A stretch of 64,000 bases of DNA, taken from an uncultured Alistipes sp. GTDB lineage: Bacteria; Bacteroidota; Bacteroidia; Bacteroidales; UBA932. Shown piece by piece: positions 9,332 through 19,542 of the stretch; the first letter of the stretch is position 1; every line of letters begins with the position of its first letter. Made by a program: the position numbers and the translations under genes. The notes beneath the pieces were generated by a model. The model was not told the origin of the DNA, ran no database searches, and worked only from the letters and a program-made list of their open reading frames with translations. The DNA is taken from contig UQUN01000010.1 of NCBI GenBank assembly GCA_900544175.1, forward strand, positions 3,392-67,391. Direction: 5' to 3'.

Positions 9332-10801
9332 ATGCAGATTTATACGAATTCCCCAATTGTTGAAGGACTCACTTTTGATGACGTCCTCCTTATTCCGGCG
9401 CATTCGGACGTGCTGCCGAGGGAAGTGGATGTGAGCACAAAGCTCACGAGAGAGATTACACTTCACACCCCTATCGTATCCGCCGCCATGGATACGGTCA
9501 CTGAGGCAGAACTCGCTATAGCGATTGCACGGGAGGGCGGTATCGGAGTCATCCACAAGAACATGCCCATCGATGTGCAGATGGAGCAGGTACGGAAGGT
9601 GAAGAGGGCTGAGAACGGCATGATCTACGATCCTGTCACCATCAGGGAGAACGCGACCGTAGGAGACGCTCTTGACCTGATGAGGGAGAACCATATCGGA
9701 GGGATTCCCGTAGTGGACGCGCACGGGATGCTCTGCGGTATTGTCACCAACAGGGACCTTCGTTTTCAGGACAATCCTAAGACTCCCATAAGCGAGGTGA
9801 TGACCAAGGAGAATCTTATCACCACCACCAACGGTACGAATCTGAAAGAGGCCACCGAGCTGTTGAGGCGTTACAAGATAGAGAAGCTGCTTGTGGTGGA
9901 CAAGAGCGGCAAGCTGGCCGGTCTCATCACATACAAGGACATTATGAAGATCAAGGACAATCCTACGGCCAGCAAGGATTCGAAGGGAAGGCTTCTCGTA
10001 GCCGCAGCTGTCGGAATCAATTCCGAGAGCGTGGAGAAAGTGGAGATGCTGATGTCCGTAGAGCCTGACGCTCTCGTGTTTGATACGGCACACGGACATT
10101 CCGAGGGGGTTCTCAGAACGTTGAGGACTGTACGCAAGAAGTTCCCCGGATTGCAGATCATTGCCGGCAACATCGCTACGGCAGAGGCCGCCGAGGCTCT
10201 GAGGGACTGCGGAGTGGATGCTGTCAAGGTCGGTATAGGTCCTGGTTCTATATGCACTACGAGGATCATAGCGGGTGTCGGTGTACCCCAGCTGTCTGCG
10301 ATCATGATGGTTGCCGGGGCGCTCAAAGGTTCGGGCATTCCGATTATCGCGGACGGCGGTATCAGGTACTCGGGCGATATTGTCAAGGCTCTTGCAGCAG
10401 GTGCCGATACCATCATGGCGGGCTCGCTCTTTGCTGGAGTAGAGGAGTCCCCAGGTGAGACTATCATTCTGAATGGCAGAAAGTTCAAGTCATATAGAGG
10501 AATGGGCTCGCTTGAGGCAATGCAGCTCGGCTCGAAGGACCGTTACTTCCAGGATATGGAGGAGGACATCAAGAAGCTGGTGCCCGAGGGTATCGTCGCG
10601 CAGGTTCCGTACAAAGGGACTCTCGCAGAAGTGGTGTACCAGCTTGTCGGCGGTCTCCGCTCCGGTATGGGATACTGTGGAGCTCACAGTATCTCCGAAT
10701 TGAAGAACGCAAGGTTCGTGCGCATCACGGCCGCCGGTATGGCGGAGAGCCATCCTCACGATGTGACCATTACGCGCGAGGCTCCAAACTACAGCAGATA
10801 A
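9332..10801 (+). CDS. guaB: IMP dehydrogenase
   Basis: 489 aa. LTFDDVLLIP, tandem CBS pair, catalytic GIGPGSICTTR loop. Confidence 0.95.
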   Translation: MQIYTNSPIVEGLTFDDVLLIPAHSDVLPREVDVSTKLTREITLHTPIVSAAMDTVTEAELAIAIAREGGIGVIHKNMPIDVQMEQVRKVKRAENGMIYDPVTIRENATVGDALDLMRENHIGGIPVVDAHGMLCGIVTNRDLRFQDNPKTPISEVMTKENLITTTNGTNLKEATELLRRYKIEKLLVVDKSGKLAGLITYKDIMKIKDNPTASKDSKGRLLVAAAVGINSESVEKVEMLMSVEPDALVFDTAHGHSEGVLRTLRTVRKKFPGLQIIAGNIATAEAAEALRDCGVDAVKVGIGPGSICTTRIIAGVGVPQLSAIMMVAGALKGSGIPIIADGGIRYSGDIVKALAAGADTIMAGSLFAGVEESPGETIILNGRKFKSYRGMGSLEAMQLGSKDRYFQDMEEDIKKLVPEGIVAQVPYKGTLAEVVYQLVGGLRSGMGYCGAHSISELKNARFVRITAAGMAESHPHDVTITREAPNYSR

Positions 10802-10815
10802 TATTTCCCGCCGGT

Positions 10816-11667
10816 ATGTCCTCAAGGATCCTATGGATTGTCATACTCTGTGTCTCAGTCTCGTCCTGTCGGCTGTACGATCGTCTCTTCAAGGGAGACG
10901 TGATAGCCAGGGCAGGTAATGAGGTCCTTTATAAAAGCGATATAGATGCGTTGAACATACATGGATTCTCTCCAGCGGACAGTACCAGGATGGTAGAGCG
11001 GTATATATATTCCTGGGCCAAGGACAGGCTGCTGCTTGACATAGCTGAGAGCCGCCTGTCCAAGGCAGACCGGGATGTCGAGGACAAGTTGGAGGAGTAC
11101 AGACGGCAGCTTTTAGTGTACCGTTATGAGCAGCAGTATGTGGAGCAGCGTCTGGATACGGCTGTGTCGGAACAGGAATATATGGATTTCTACAGCACTC
11201 ACCCGTCCAGCGTAATCACCCATGTCCCGCTTATAAAAGGCTGGTATATAAAAATCAGTGACAATTCTCCGAATCTCAGTCCTGTGCGTTCCCTGTACAG
11301 GTCGAGAAACGAGGAAGACCTGGGCCGTCTGGAAGAGATGTGCTACACATCCGCCGACAAATACTCCGTTCTGGATTCGTGGACTGCCCTTGACGCACTC
11401 GTGGAGGGTACGGGAATGGATGTTCAGGAGATGGCCAGAGTCCTTGACGAGAAGTCCTACTTTGAGACGAGCCGTTTGGGCTATACGTACCTTATATCGT
11501 TGGACGGCTATGTCCCTGCAGGCAGCCAGGCTCCTTACGAATACTGTAAGGACATCATCAGAAACAATATATTGAATAGAAGAAAACAGGAGCTTCTCAC
11601 CAGTTTGGAACGAAATCTGCTAAATGATGCAATAATGTCAGAGAAGTTTGTAATTTATTCCAAGTGA
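10816..11667 (+). CDS. SurA N-terminal-domain-like periplasmic chaperone lipoprotein (no PPIase domain)
   Basis: Lipobox-like N-terminus (LCVSVSSC). Resembles the chaperone module of the downstream SurA and directly precedes it. Confidence 0.5.
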   Translation: MSSRILWIVILCVSVSSCRLYDRLFKGDVIARAGNEVLYKSDIDALNIHGFSPADSTRMVERYIYSWAKDRLLLDIAESRLSKADRDVEDKLEEYRRQLLVYRYEQQYVEQRLDTAVSEQEYMDFYSTHPSSVITHVPLIKGWYIKISDNSPNLSPVRSLYRSRNEEDLGRLEEMCYTSADKYSVLDSWTALDALVEGTGMDVQEMARVLDEKSYFETSRLGYTYLISLDGYVPAGSQAPYEYCKDIIRNNILNRRKQELLTSLERNLLNDAIMSEKFVIYSK

Positions 11668-11668
11668 A

Positions 11669-13018
11669 ATGAAGACAAAGGCTATTATGGCGGCATTGAT
11701 GCTCCTTGCGTTCTCCATGACGGAGTCGGCCGCCCAGCGTTACGAGGGCGTGGTTGACAAGACCGTGGCCATTGTGGGAAACAGTGTTATCCTGCTTTCC
11801 GATGTAGAGGCTCAGGCTTTGGCCAGACAGAGCTACGGCCTTTCATCCGACAGATGCAGTACGCTGGAGGAGATGCTGGTAGTGAAGCTGCTGTACACCC
11901 AGGCCGTTCTGGACAGCCTTGCGGTCAATCAGGACATGCTCAATGCCTCCCTCAGTGAAAGGGTTGACTACGAGCTGTCAATGCATGGAGGCGAGGAAGG
12001 TGTCGAGCAATATTACGGCAAGCCGCTCCATGTTCTCAGGAATGAGTGGAGGAACGATATGATGGAGCAGAATCTTGCCGGGGAGATGCGCAGGAACATA
12101 GCCGGCAAGATAGGGGAAGTGACACCGCGGGAGGTCGAGCAGTATTACAAACGGATACCGAAGGACAGTCTTCCTGTGATACCGACGAAGTACCAGTTCA
12201 GCCAGATAGTCATATATCCCAACGTGGAAAGAGCCGAGATGGAGGTACGCGAGCGTCTTCTGGAATTCCGCCAGAGAGTGATTGACGGTGAGAAGTTCTC
12301 GTTGTTGGCGACACTTTACTCGGAGGACAACAGCGCCATGCGCGGTGGAGAGCTCGGCATGACGTCCAAGTCCTTTTTCTGGCCGGAATTCAGCGATGCC
12401 GCCATGTCCCTGAAGCCTGGGCAGGTATCTCCGATAGTGCAGACTCCGGACGGCTTTCATCTGATACAGCTGATAGAACGTAAGGGGGATATGTTCAATG
12501 CCCGCCATATATTGCTCAAGCCGAGGTATACACGGGAGGACCGGGATTCGGCTTTCCTGCGTCTGGACTCCATACGCAATGTCATATTGACGGACAGCAT
12601 CACGTTCGAGCAGGCTGCCAAGAAGTATTCGGAGGATCCTAAGACAAGAACCAACGGAGGGCTGGTGTCGGATCCCATGACAGGAGCACCCTTTTTTGCT
12701 GTGGACGAACTTAAGGCCAACGAGTACGAAGTGCTGCGCAATATGAAGGAGGGAGATGTGTCGGGACCTATAGAGTCTACGGACAATGAGGGACGGAACG
12801 GCAATACGGTGTACAAGATCCTGCGTCTGGATAAAGTCCGTCCTGCCCATACGGCTACTTACAATGACGATTTCGATGTCCTTCTGGACCATGCGACCAA
12901 TCAGAAGGCCATGGATGCCATAGAACAGTTTATACAGGACAAGCAGCAGACCACGTACATAGTGATTGATCCTATTTTCCAGAAATGTGTTTTTCAACGT
13001 GAAGGATGGCTGAAATGA
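11669..13018 (+). CDS. surA: Peptidylprolyl isomerase / chaperone SurA (parvulin type)
   Basis: 449 aa, signal peptide, N-terminal chaperone domain plus PpiC/parvulin region (...FSLLATLYSEDNSAMRGGELG... / ...ESTDNEGRNGNTVYKILRL...). Confidence 0.75.
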   Translation: MKTKAIMAALMLLAFSMTESAAQRYEGVVDKTVAIVGNSVILLSDVEAQALARQSYGLSSDRCSTLEEMLVVKLLYTQAVLDSLAVNQDMLNASLSERVDYELSMHGGEEGVEQYYGKPLHVLRNEWRNDMMEQNLAGEMRRNIAGKIGEVTPREVEQYYKRIPKDSLPVIPTKYQFSQIVIYPNVERAEMEVRERLLEFRQRVIDGEKFSLLATLYSEDNSAMRGGELGMTSKSFFWPEFSDAAMSLKPGQVSPIVQTPDGFHLIQLIERKGDMFNARHILLKPRYTREDRDSAFLRLDSIRNVILTDSITFEQAAKKYSEDPKTRTNGGLVSDPMTGAPFFAVDELKANEYEVLRNMKEGDVSGPIESTDNEGRNGNTVYKILRLDKVRPAHTATYNDDFDVLLDHATNQKAMDAIEQFIQDKQQTTYIVIDPIFQKCVFQREGWLK

Positions 13019-14955
13019 GACGTTCTGTATCTTTGGTATCATTGCTCCTTCTCTCCCTGATGTCTGTCTGCGGGCAGGAGACCAGGGATTCGCTTGTGCG
13101 TCTCCTGTCTGCGGACAGGGCAAGACTGGTGGAAATAGGTGGGGTGGAGTACCGTAAGGTAGTAGGCCATGCGGTGTTTTTCCATAACAATACTTACCTT
13201 AAGTGTGACAGTGCGTACTGGAATGTGAACGGGCAGTATATAGATGCTATAGGCAGGGTCCGTATCGAGCAGGAGAATACCATGCTCACCGGAGACAGTC
13301 TCAGGTATGTCATCCATGAAAATACGGCCAAGTTCCGTGGCCATCTTGTCCAGCTCATGGATCGCGACAGCAATGTCCTGAGGACCAATTATCTTGATTA
13401 CAATACCAAGGACAGTGTCGCGACTTTCTTTAAAGGAGGAGCCATGCGTGACAGTTCCGGAAACATCATAGAAAGCATGCGCGGCAGGTATGAGTCAAGG
13501 ATCCGGACTTTCGAGTTTGTAGACCGTGTCGAGATGTTTTCGGACAGCATGTTCTTCAAGTGCGACCGTCTTGTGTATGACTCGCGCAGCAATGTGGCGG
13601 ATTTTTATGGCAATACGGAGGGCTGGTACGATGTGAACCATATTTCATCGGGAGCAGGCTGGTATGACAGGGGGAATGAGAAGTTGTTTTTCAGGGACGA
13701 TGTCCATATATTGACGGAGGATTACGAGCTGTGGTGCGATACGTTGAACTATGACAGGATGACTGAGTTCTCGCATCTTCTCGGCAATGTGCAGCTTACC
13801 GATACGGTTGACAATGTCGTGGTTCTGGGAGGCGAGCTGTTCTATTGGAACGATCCGCGCAAGGCTGAGGTCTACCGTGATCCCGCCCTTGTTCTGGTGG
13901 AGGAGAATGAGGCGGGAGAGCGGGACTCGGTATTCATGGCGGCCGACATGATGAGATATTATACCCAGAGAATGTTCGAGGTGGACAGTGCTGTGGCAGC
14001 TGCGGCCAGACAGAGGTATGAGGATGCTTTGGTCGATCCGCTCGCCCCGCCGCCGTCTGCGTCAAGTACGCAGACTTCTACTGAAAACAAGACTGCCGGC
14101 AAAGGTATGTCTCCGGACTCATCGGCCGTACAGGATTCTCTTTCAATTTCCGGAGGCGGTATGCCGGGTGTCACGGACTCGCTCGCGGTTCAGGACTCAG
14201 TGGCGGTGGATTCGGCTGCGGTGCAGTTGGACACCACGGAAGTCAGTTTCGTGGAGGCGTACCATAACGTCAGGATATACAGGAACGATATGCAGGTACG
14301 CTGTGACTCGATGCTGTTCTCATCGCTTGACTCCATCGCGAGGCTTTATGTAAGTCCGGTCATATGGTATGAGACGAAAACGCAGATCACGGCTGACAGT
14401 ATGCAGTTTCTCATACGTAACGAGACTTTGGACAAGGGTCTGCTTTTCTCCAATGCCTTTGTCATATCCGAGGAGGAGGCCGGACGCTATTATCATCAGA
14501 TCAAGTCTCCGGAGATGACCGGATATTTCAAGGACGGCCAGATATCGCGTTTCGATGCTCTCGGAGGAGTTACGGCGATGTTCTATGTATCTGAGGATTC
14601 TGTGATAACGACCATGAACCAGAAGGAGTGCCGTCTTATGACCGGACGCATGAAGGACGGGCAGGTCCAGAGGGTGCTTTATAACGAGAATGTCAAGAGC
14701 GACGCATATCCTGTCAGGGAGCTGACGCCGGACATGATGCAGTTGAGGGATTTCAACTGGAAGCCGGACCAGCGTCCCGACTCGCGTTACAGTGTTACGG
14801 CGCGTCCTGTACGGGCCTCCATCAGGAATGAACTGGTCCCTTCGCCATATTTCCCTCAGTTCAGGTATACCGAACAGTATTTCAGCGGATATATGAAGTC
14901 CGTAATGTCGGAGATAGAGCGTAGAAAGCCGCTGATTTGGATAGGAAAAGAGTAA
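13006..14955 (+). CDS. OstA-like (LptD N-terminal beta-jellyroll-like) periplasmic protein
   Basis: 649 aa with signal peptide and repeated strand motifs typical of OstA-like_N proteins that follow surA in Bacteroidales. Start may be 13015. Confidence 0.55.
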   Translation: MAEMRRSVSLVSLLLLSLMSVCGQETRDSLVRLLSADRARLVEIGGVEYRKVVGHAVFFHNNTYLKCDSAYWNVNGQYIDAIGRVRIEQENTMLTGDSLRYVIHENTAKFRGHLVQLMDRDSNVLRTNYLDYNTKDSVATFFKGGAMRDSSGNIIESMRGRYESRIRTFEFVDRVEMFSDSMFFKCDRLVYDSRSNVADFYGNTEGWYDVNHISSGAGWYDRGNEKLFFRDDVHILTEDYELWCDTLNYDRMTEFSHLLGNVQLTDTVDNVVVLGGELFYWNDPRKAEVYRDPALVLVEENEAGERDSVFMAADMMRYYTQRMFEVDSAVAAAARQRYEDALVDPLAPPPSASSTQTSTENKTAGKGMSPDSSAVQDSLSISGGGMPGVTDSLAVQDSVAVDSAAVQLDTTEVSFVEAYHNVRIYRNDMQVRCDSMLFSSLDSIARLYVSPVIWYETKTQITADSMQFLIRNETLDKGLLFSNAFVISEEEAGRYYHQIKSPEMTGYFKDGQISRFDALGGVTAMFYVSEDSVITTMNQKECRLMTGRMKDGQVQRVLYNENVKSDAYPVRELTPDMMQLRDFNWKPDQRPDSRYSVTARPVRASIRNELVPSPYFPQFRYTEQYFSGYMKSVMSEIERRKPLIWIGKE

Positions 14956-14964
14956 ATTATTCTT

Positions 14965-14996
14965 ACATTTGTAAGTTATTTCATAAATACAAATGT
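14965..14996 (+). promoter_or_regulatory. Perfect 9-bp inverted repeat ACATTTGTA-N14-TACAAATGT abutting the hutH start codon, overlapping a TACATTTG -7-like box
   Basis: Arms at 14965-14973 and 14988-14996; ATG of hutH at 14997. -7-like TAnnTTTG at 14964-14971. Confidence 0.4.
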
Positions 14997-16493
14997 ATGA
15001 AACAGTTTGATATAGATACTCTTATCCATTCTATGGACGATGTGAGGTCCTTGTTGGACCCTGAATGCAGGCTGCATCTGGGTGAGGAAGCCCGTAAAAG
15101 AATCAGAAAATGCCGGGATTACCTGGACAGGCGTATGGAGGCCCAGAAAGCTCCCATCTACGGAGTGACCACGGGATTCGGCTCGCTTTGTAATGTCTCT
15201 GTGGACAAGGACCAGCTTTCACAGCTTCAGAAAAATCTGGTGATGTCCCATGCCTGCGGAGTCGGTGATGAGGTGCGTCCGGAGATAGTGCGTCTCATGA
15301 TAGCCCTCAAGGTAAAGTCCCTTGCATACGGATATTCGGGAGTTCGTGTAGAAACGGTGGAGAGGCTTGTTGACTTTTTCAACGAGGGCGTGACTCCGGT
15401 GGTATACCAGCAGGGTTCTCTCGGAGCTTCAGGCGACCTGGCTCCTTTGGCCAATATGTGCCTTCCCCTTATAGGGCTTGGCGAGTTTGATTATAAAGGA
15501 AAAAGATACCCCGGTTCGGAACTGGAGAGGATGTTCGGATGGAAACCGCTCACACTGGCGTCCAAGGAAGGTCTCGCCCTTCTGAACGGTACTCAGTTCA
15601 TGCTGGCCCATGCCGTATGGTGCATCATCAGGGCAGAGCATATATCCGCAGCGGCCGACAAGATCGCCACTGTTTCACTTGAGGCATTCAACGGCCGCAA
15701 GGAACCGTTCACTCCGGGCGTGCATGCAGTACGTCCTCACAAGGGGCAGATGGAGACGGCACGGGTAATCCTCAATTATCTTCAGGGAAGTGAACTTATC
15801 GACGGTCCCGGCAAGGAGGTTCAGGATCCATATTCTTTCCGTTGTGTGCCCCAGGTGCACGGAGCGTCGAAGGATGCCATCGCTTATGTGGAGAGCGTCT
15901 TCATGACTGAGGTCAACAGTGCGACCGACAATCCGACCGTCCTGCCTGACGAGGATCAGGTCATTTCGGCCGGCAACTTCCACGGGCAGCCTCTGTCGAT
16001 TACCCTTGATTTTCTGGCCATAGCCCTTGCAGAGCTCGGATCGATTTCCGAACGCCGTACATACCAGCTCATTTCCGGCAAGAGAGGCTTGCCGTCATTC
16101 CTGGTGGCCAAGTCCGGTCTCAACTCCGGTTTCATGATACCTCAGTATGCCGCTGCTTCTGTCGTCAGCCAGAACAAGCAGCTGTGTACTCCATGTGTAG
16201 TGGATACCATCGATTCTTCGCAGGGTCAGGAGGACCATGTCAGCATGGGTGCCAACGCAGCCACCAAATGTGTCCGCGTAGTTGAGAATGTGGAGAAGAT
16301 ACTTGGTATAGAGATGCTCAACGCGGCTCAGGCTCTTGAGTTCCGTCACCGCGCCGGTGCAGGCAAGTCATCACCTGTCATCGAGCGTTTCTTCGATGAA
16401 TACCGTAAGACTGTTCCTTTTGTCGAGGAGGATACAGTCATGTATACCAGGATCAAGGATTCAATTGAATTTATAAGGAAAGCCGAATTTTAA
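14997..16493 (+). CDS. hutH: Histidine ammonia-lyase
   Basis: Start at MKQFDIDTL (internal Met of track ORF). Catalytic GSLGASGDLAPL (Ala-Ser-Gly MIO-forming triad) motif. Confidence 0.9.
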   Translation: MKQFDIDTLIHSMDDVRSLLDPECRLHLGEEARKRIRKCRDYLDRRMEAQKAPIYGVTTGFGSLCNVSVDKDQLSQLQKNLVMSHACGVGDEVRPEIVRLMIALKVKSLAYGYSGVRVETVERLVDFFNEGVTPVVYQQGSLGASGDLAPLANMCLPLIGLGEFDYKGKRYPGSELERMFGWKPLTLASKEGLALLNGTQFMLAHAVWCIIRAEHISAAADKIATVSLEAFNGRKEPFTPGVHAVRPHKGQMETARVILNYLQGSELIDGPGKEVQDPYSFRCVPQVHGASKDAIAYVESVFMTEVNSATDNPTVLPDEDQVISAGNFHGQPLSITLDFLAIALAELGSISERRTYQLISGKRGLPSFLVAKSGLNSGFMIPQYAAASVVSQNKQLCTPCVVDTIDSSQGQEDHVSMGANAATKCVRVVENVEKILGIEMLNAAQALEFRHRAGAGKSSPVIERFFDEYRKTVPFVEEDTVMYTRIKDSIEFIRKAEF

Positions 16494-16498
16494 GGAAG

Positions 16499-17761
16499 AT
16501 GTCGCTTTTTATAAAGAATATAAAGAAGCTTGTCAATGCAAGGGCGCAGTCTGTTTCCTCTCCGTTGAAGGGGAAGGAGATGGACTCCCTCCCTTGTATC
16601 GAGGATGCATGGCTGCTGACGGAAAAGGACCGGATAGCCCGTATGGGACGTATGTGCGATCTTGCTCCGGAAAGTATGGAAGCTATAGAGGACGTGGCCG
16701 ATGAGGTCATCGATGCGTCCGGCAGGATGGTTTTCCCTTCGTACTGCGACTCCCATACTCATCTGGTATATGCCGGAAGCCGTGAGATGGAGTTCATGGA
16801 CAAGCTCCGCGGTCTGTCGTATCAGGAGATAGCCCGTCGTGGAGGCGGTATTCTGAATTCTGTGGAGCTGTTGCATAACACTTCAGAGGAGGACCTGCTT
16901 CGCCAGACTCTGGTGCGGGCGTGGGAGATTGTATCTCTTGGTACCGGGGCAGTGGAGATCAAGAGCGGTTACGGGCTGACCGTGGAAGATGAGGTGAAGA
17001 TGCTCCGCGTGGCCCGAAGAGTGGAGGAGGAGACTCCGCTGAGAGTGCGTACCACATTTCTTGGTGCGCATGCCGTTCCGGCAAGATACAAGGGAAACAG
17101 AGAAGGTTATGTGGATGAGATAATCCGCGATATCATGCCTGCCGTTGCAGCCGAGGGACTGGCGGATTATGTGGATATATTTGTCGAGGAGGGATTTTTT
17201 ACCGTGGAGGACGCTTCCAGGATATTCGAATCCGCAGCGAAGTACGGCATGACCCCGAAAGTTCACGCCAATCAGATGAGTTTCTCTGGCGGTGTACAGG
17301 TCGGAGTCAAGTATGGCGCGGCATCCGTAGATCATCTGGAGTTTACCGGTCCCGAGGAATTCAAGGTCCTGCAGGGCAGCAGTACCATTGCCACACTGCT
17401 GCCGGGCGCCACATTTTTCCTGGATATGGACTATCCGAAAGCCAAGGAGATGCAGGAATACAGCCTGCCCCTGGCTATCGCTTCCAACTACAATCCAGGC
17501 TCCTGCCCGTCAGGAGACATGAAATTCATGATGGCCCTGGCAATGATCAAGATGCGGCTTACACCGGAGACTGTGCTCAATGCAGCTACCGTCAACGGGG
17601 CGTTTGCCATGGGCGTGAGTGAGGATTACGGTTCCATCACAGTGGGCAAGAAGGCGTCATTCTTCATCACCAGAAAGATACCCTCCTATGAGTTCATACC
17701 GTATTCATTTACCTCGCAACTTATAGAAGACATTATACTTAATGGGAAAATATACAGATAG
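16499..17761 (+). CDS. hutI: Imidazolonepropionase
   Basis: 420 aa amidohydrolase with the imidazolonepropionase family CDSHTHLVYAG metal-binding motif. Confidence 0.9.
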   Translation: MSLFIKNIKKLVNARAQSVSSPLKGKEMDSLPCIEDAWLLTEKDRIARMGRMCDLAPESMEAIEDVADEVIDASGRMVFPSYCDSHTHLVYAGSREMEFMDKLRGLSYQEIARRGGGILNSVELLHNTSEEDLLRQTLVRAWEIVSLGTGAVEIKSGYGLTVEDEVKMLRVARRVEEETPLRVRTTFLGAHAVPARYKGNREGYVDEIIRDIMPAVAAEGLADYVDIFVEEGFFTVEDASRIFESAAKYGMTPKVHANQMSFSGGVQVGVKYGAASVDHLEFTGPEEFKVLQGSSTIATLLPGATFFLDMDYPKAKEMQEYSLPLAIASNYNPGSCPSGDMKFMMALAMIKMRLTPETVLNAATVNGAFAMGVSEDYGSITVGKKASFFITRKIPSYEFIPYSFTSQLIEDIILNGKIYR

Positions 17762-17772
17762 AAAAATAGATT

Positions 17773-19470
17773 ATGACAAGAAAACTTATTGAGTGCGTCC
17801 CCAATTTCAGCGAGGGACGCGATATGCAGGTTATCAAGCAGATAACAGACGCAGCCGAGAGTGTCGAAGGCGTAAGGCTGCTCGATGTCGACCCGGGTGC
17901 CGCCACCAACAGGACGGTGGTGACATTCGTAGGCGAACCGGAAAAGGTCATGGAGGCCGCTTTCCGTGCCGTGAAAAAGGCTTCTGAGCTCATAGACATG
18001 AGGCATCATCATGGTGAGCATCCCAGAATGGGAGCTACGGACGTATGCCCTCTCGTACCTATTGCAGGTGTCACTATGGAGGAGTGCGTGGAATATGCCC
18101 GCAGTCTTGCAAAAAGGATAGGTGATGAACTCGGTATTCCTGTATTCTGCTATGAGAGTGCGGCATTTGTTCCCGAGAGAAGGAATCTGGCAGTATGCCG
18201 CAGCGGCGAGTACGAAGGGTTGGCAAAGAGATTTGAGGATGGGGTGAAGCCAGACTTCGGTCCGGCCGTAATCGATGACTATACTGCCCGTACAGGAGCC
18301 ACTGCAGTGGGTGCAAGGGATTTTCTTGTAGCGATCAACTATAATCTGAATACCACTTCTACGCGCAGGGCCAACTCCATAGCATTTGACGTGCGCGAGA
18401 AAGGACGTAAGAAGAGAGAGGGGGATCCCATTACAGGCAAGGTGGTGAAGGATGAGAACGGCAATGTCGTATGGATTCCCGGTACACTGAAGGGCTGCAA
18501 GGCCATAGGCTGGTATATAGAGGAGTACGGTATCGCTCAGGTGTCGATGAATGTCACCAATATCAATGTGACTCCTGTGCATGTAGCTTTCGATGAGGTA
18601 TGTGAGAAAGCCCATGCCCGCGGCATCAGGGTGACCGGTTCCGAGATAGTAGGTCTCATTCCCAAGAAAGTGCTCATCGATGCCGGCAAGCATTATCTGG
18701 CGAAACAGAACCGCTCCTGCGGTATTCCTGAGGAGGACATCGTGAAGATCGCCGTCAAGTCCATGGGTCTGGACGACCTGAAGCCATTCAATCCCCGCGA
18801 GAAGGTGATCGAATATATACTTGAGGACAGTGACAAGACTCCCAAGCTGGTAGACCTGACTGTACGTGGCTTTGCCGAGGAGACCTCCCGTGAGTCTCCG
18901 GCTCCAGGCGGCGGATCCATCTCGGCTTATATGGGATCTCTCGGCGCTGCTCTCGGTGCGATGGTTGCCAATCTGTCTTCGCACAAGAGGGGCTGGGATG
19001 ACCAGTGCCCCAAGTTCTCCCAGTGGGCTGAGAAAGGGCAGGAACTGATGTACGAGCTGTTGCACCTTGTGGATGAGGATACTGCCGCATTCAACCGCAT
19101 CATGGACGCCATGTCCCTGCCCAAGAAGACCGACGAGGAGAAGGCTGCCCGTGCAGCTGCGATGCAGGATGCCACTCTATATGCTACGGAGGTGCCATTG
19201 AGGACCATGAAGGCTTCTTTCAAGGTTTTCGAACTTGTAGAGGCCATGGCTTCCGAGGGTAATCCCAACTCCGTATCCGATGCAGGTGTTGGTGCTCTCG
19301 CAGCCCGCTCGGCAGTCCTTGGAGCTTTCCTCAACGTCAGGATCAATGCAGCCGGACTGAAAGACCGCGAGAAGGCCGATGCTCTCGTAGCTGAGGCGTC
19401 TGCCATTGCGGAAGAAGCTGTTAAACAAGAGGCTAAGATTATCGAAATCGTTAACTCCAAGATAGGGTAG
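17773..19470 (+). CDS. ftcD: Bifunctional glutamate formimidoyltransferase / formimidoyl-THF cyclodeaminase
   Basis: N-terminus LIECVPNFSEGRD (formiminotransferase). C-terminal about 200 aa cyclodeaminase-like (...SVSDAGVGALAARSAVLGAFLNVRIN...). Confidence 0.85.
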   Translation: MTRKLIECVPNFSEGRDMQVIKQITDAAESVEGVRLLDVDPGAATNRTVVTFVGEPEKVMEAAFRAVKKASELIDMRHHHGEHPRMGATDVCPLVPIAGVTMEECVEYARSLAKRIGDELGIPVFCYESAAFVPERRNLAVCRSGEYEGLAKRFEDGVKPDFGPAVIDDYTARTGATAVGARDFLVAINYNLNTTSTRRANSIAFDVREKGRKKREGDPITGKVVKDENGNVVWIPGTLKGCKAIGWYIEEYGIAQVSMNVTNINVTPVHVAFDEVCEKAHARGIRVTGSEIVGLIPKKVLIDAGKHYLAKQNRSCGIPEEDIVKIAVKSMGLDDLKPFNPREKVIEYILEDSDKTPKLVDLTVRGFAEETSRESPAPGGGSISAYMGSLGAALGAMVANLSSHKRGWDDQCPKFSQWAEKGQELMYELLHLVDEDTAAFNRIMDAMSLPKKTDEEKAARAAAMQDATLYATEVPLRTMKASFKVFELVEAMASEGNPNSVSDAGVGALAARSAVLGAFLNVRINAAGLKDREKADALVAEASAIAEEAVKQEAKIIEIVNSKIG

Positions 19471-19482
19471 AGGATCGCTTCT

Positions 19483-19515
19483 TTTGTTTTTTAGTGCAAA
19501 ATGTATAATTTTGCA
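19483..19515 (+). promoter_or_regulatory. Promoter of fab cluster with embedded palindrome TGCAAAAT-gtata-ATTTTGCA
   Basis: -33 TTTG 19483-19486. -7 TAATTTTG 19506-19513. 8-bp perfect inverted repeat 19495-19502 / 19508-19515 overlapping the -7 box; 28 nt upstream of fabH ATG. Confidence 0.45.
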
Positions 19516-19542
19516 CGATTTTAACATAAGACAGGCAAGAGT

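Noticed and set aside
14997-16493. The HAL-family lyase could be a tyrosine ammonia-lyase of a flexirubin/aryl-polyene cluster, given the fabH/fabF/fabZ/fabG genes 3 kb downstream.
   Set aside because: It is followed directly by imidazolonepropionase and formiminotransferase-cyclodeaminase, which is a genuine histidine-degradation context. No 4-coumarate-CoA ligase, CLF, thioesterase, LolA/MMPL or glycosyltransferase genes of aryl-polyene clusters are present.
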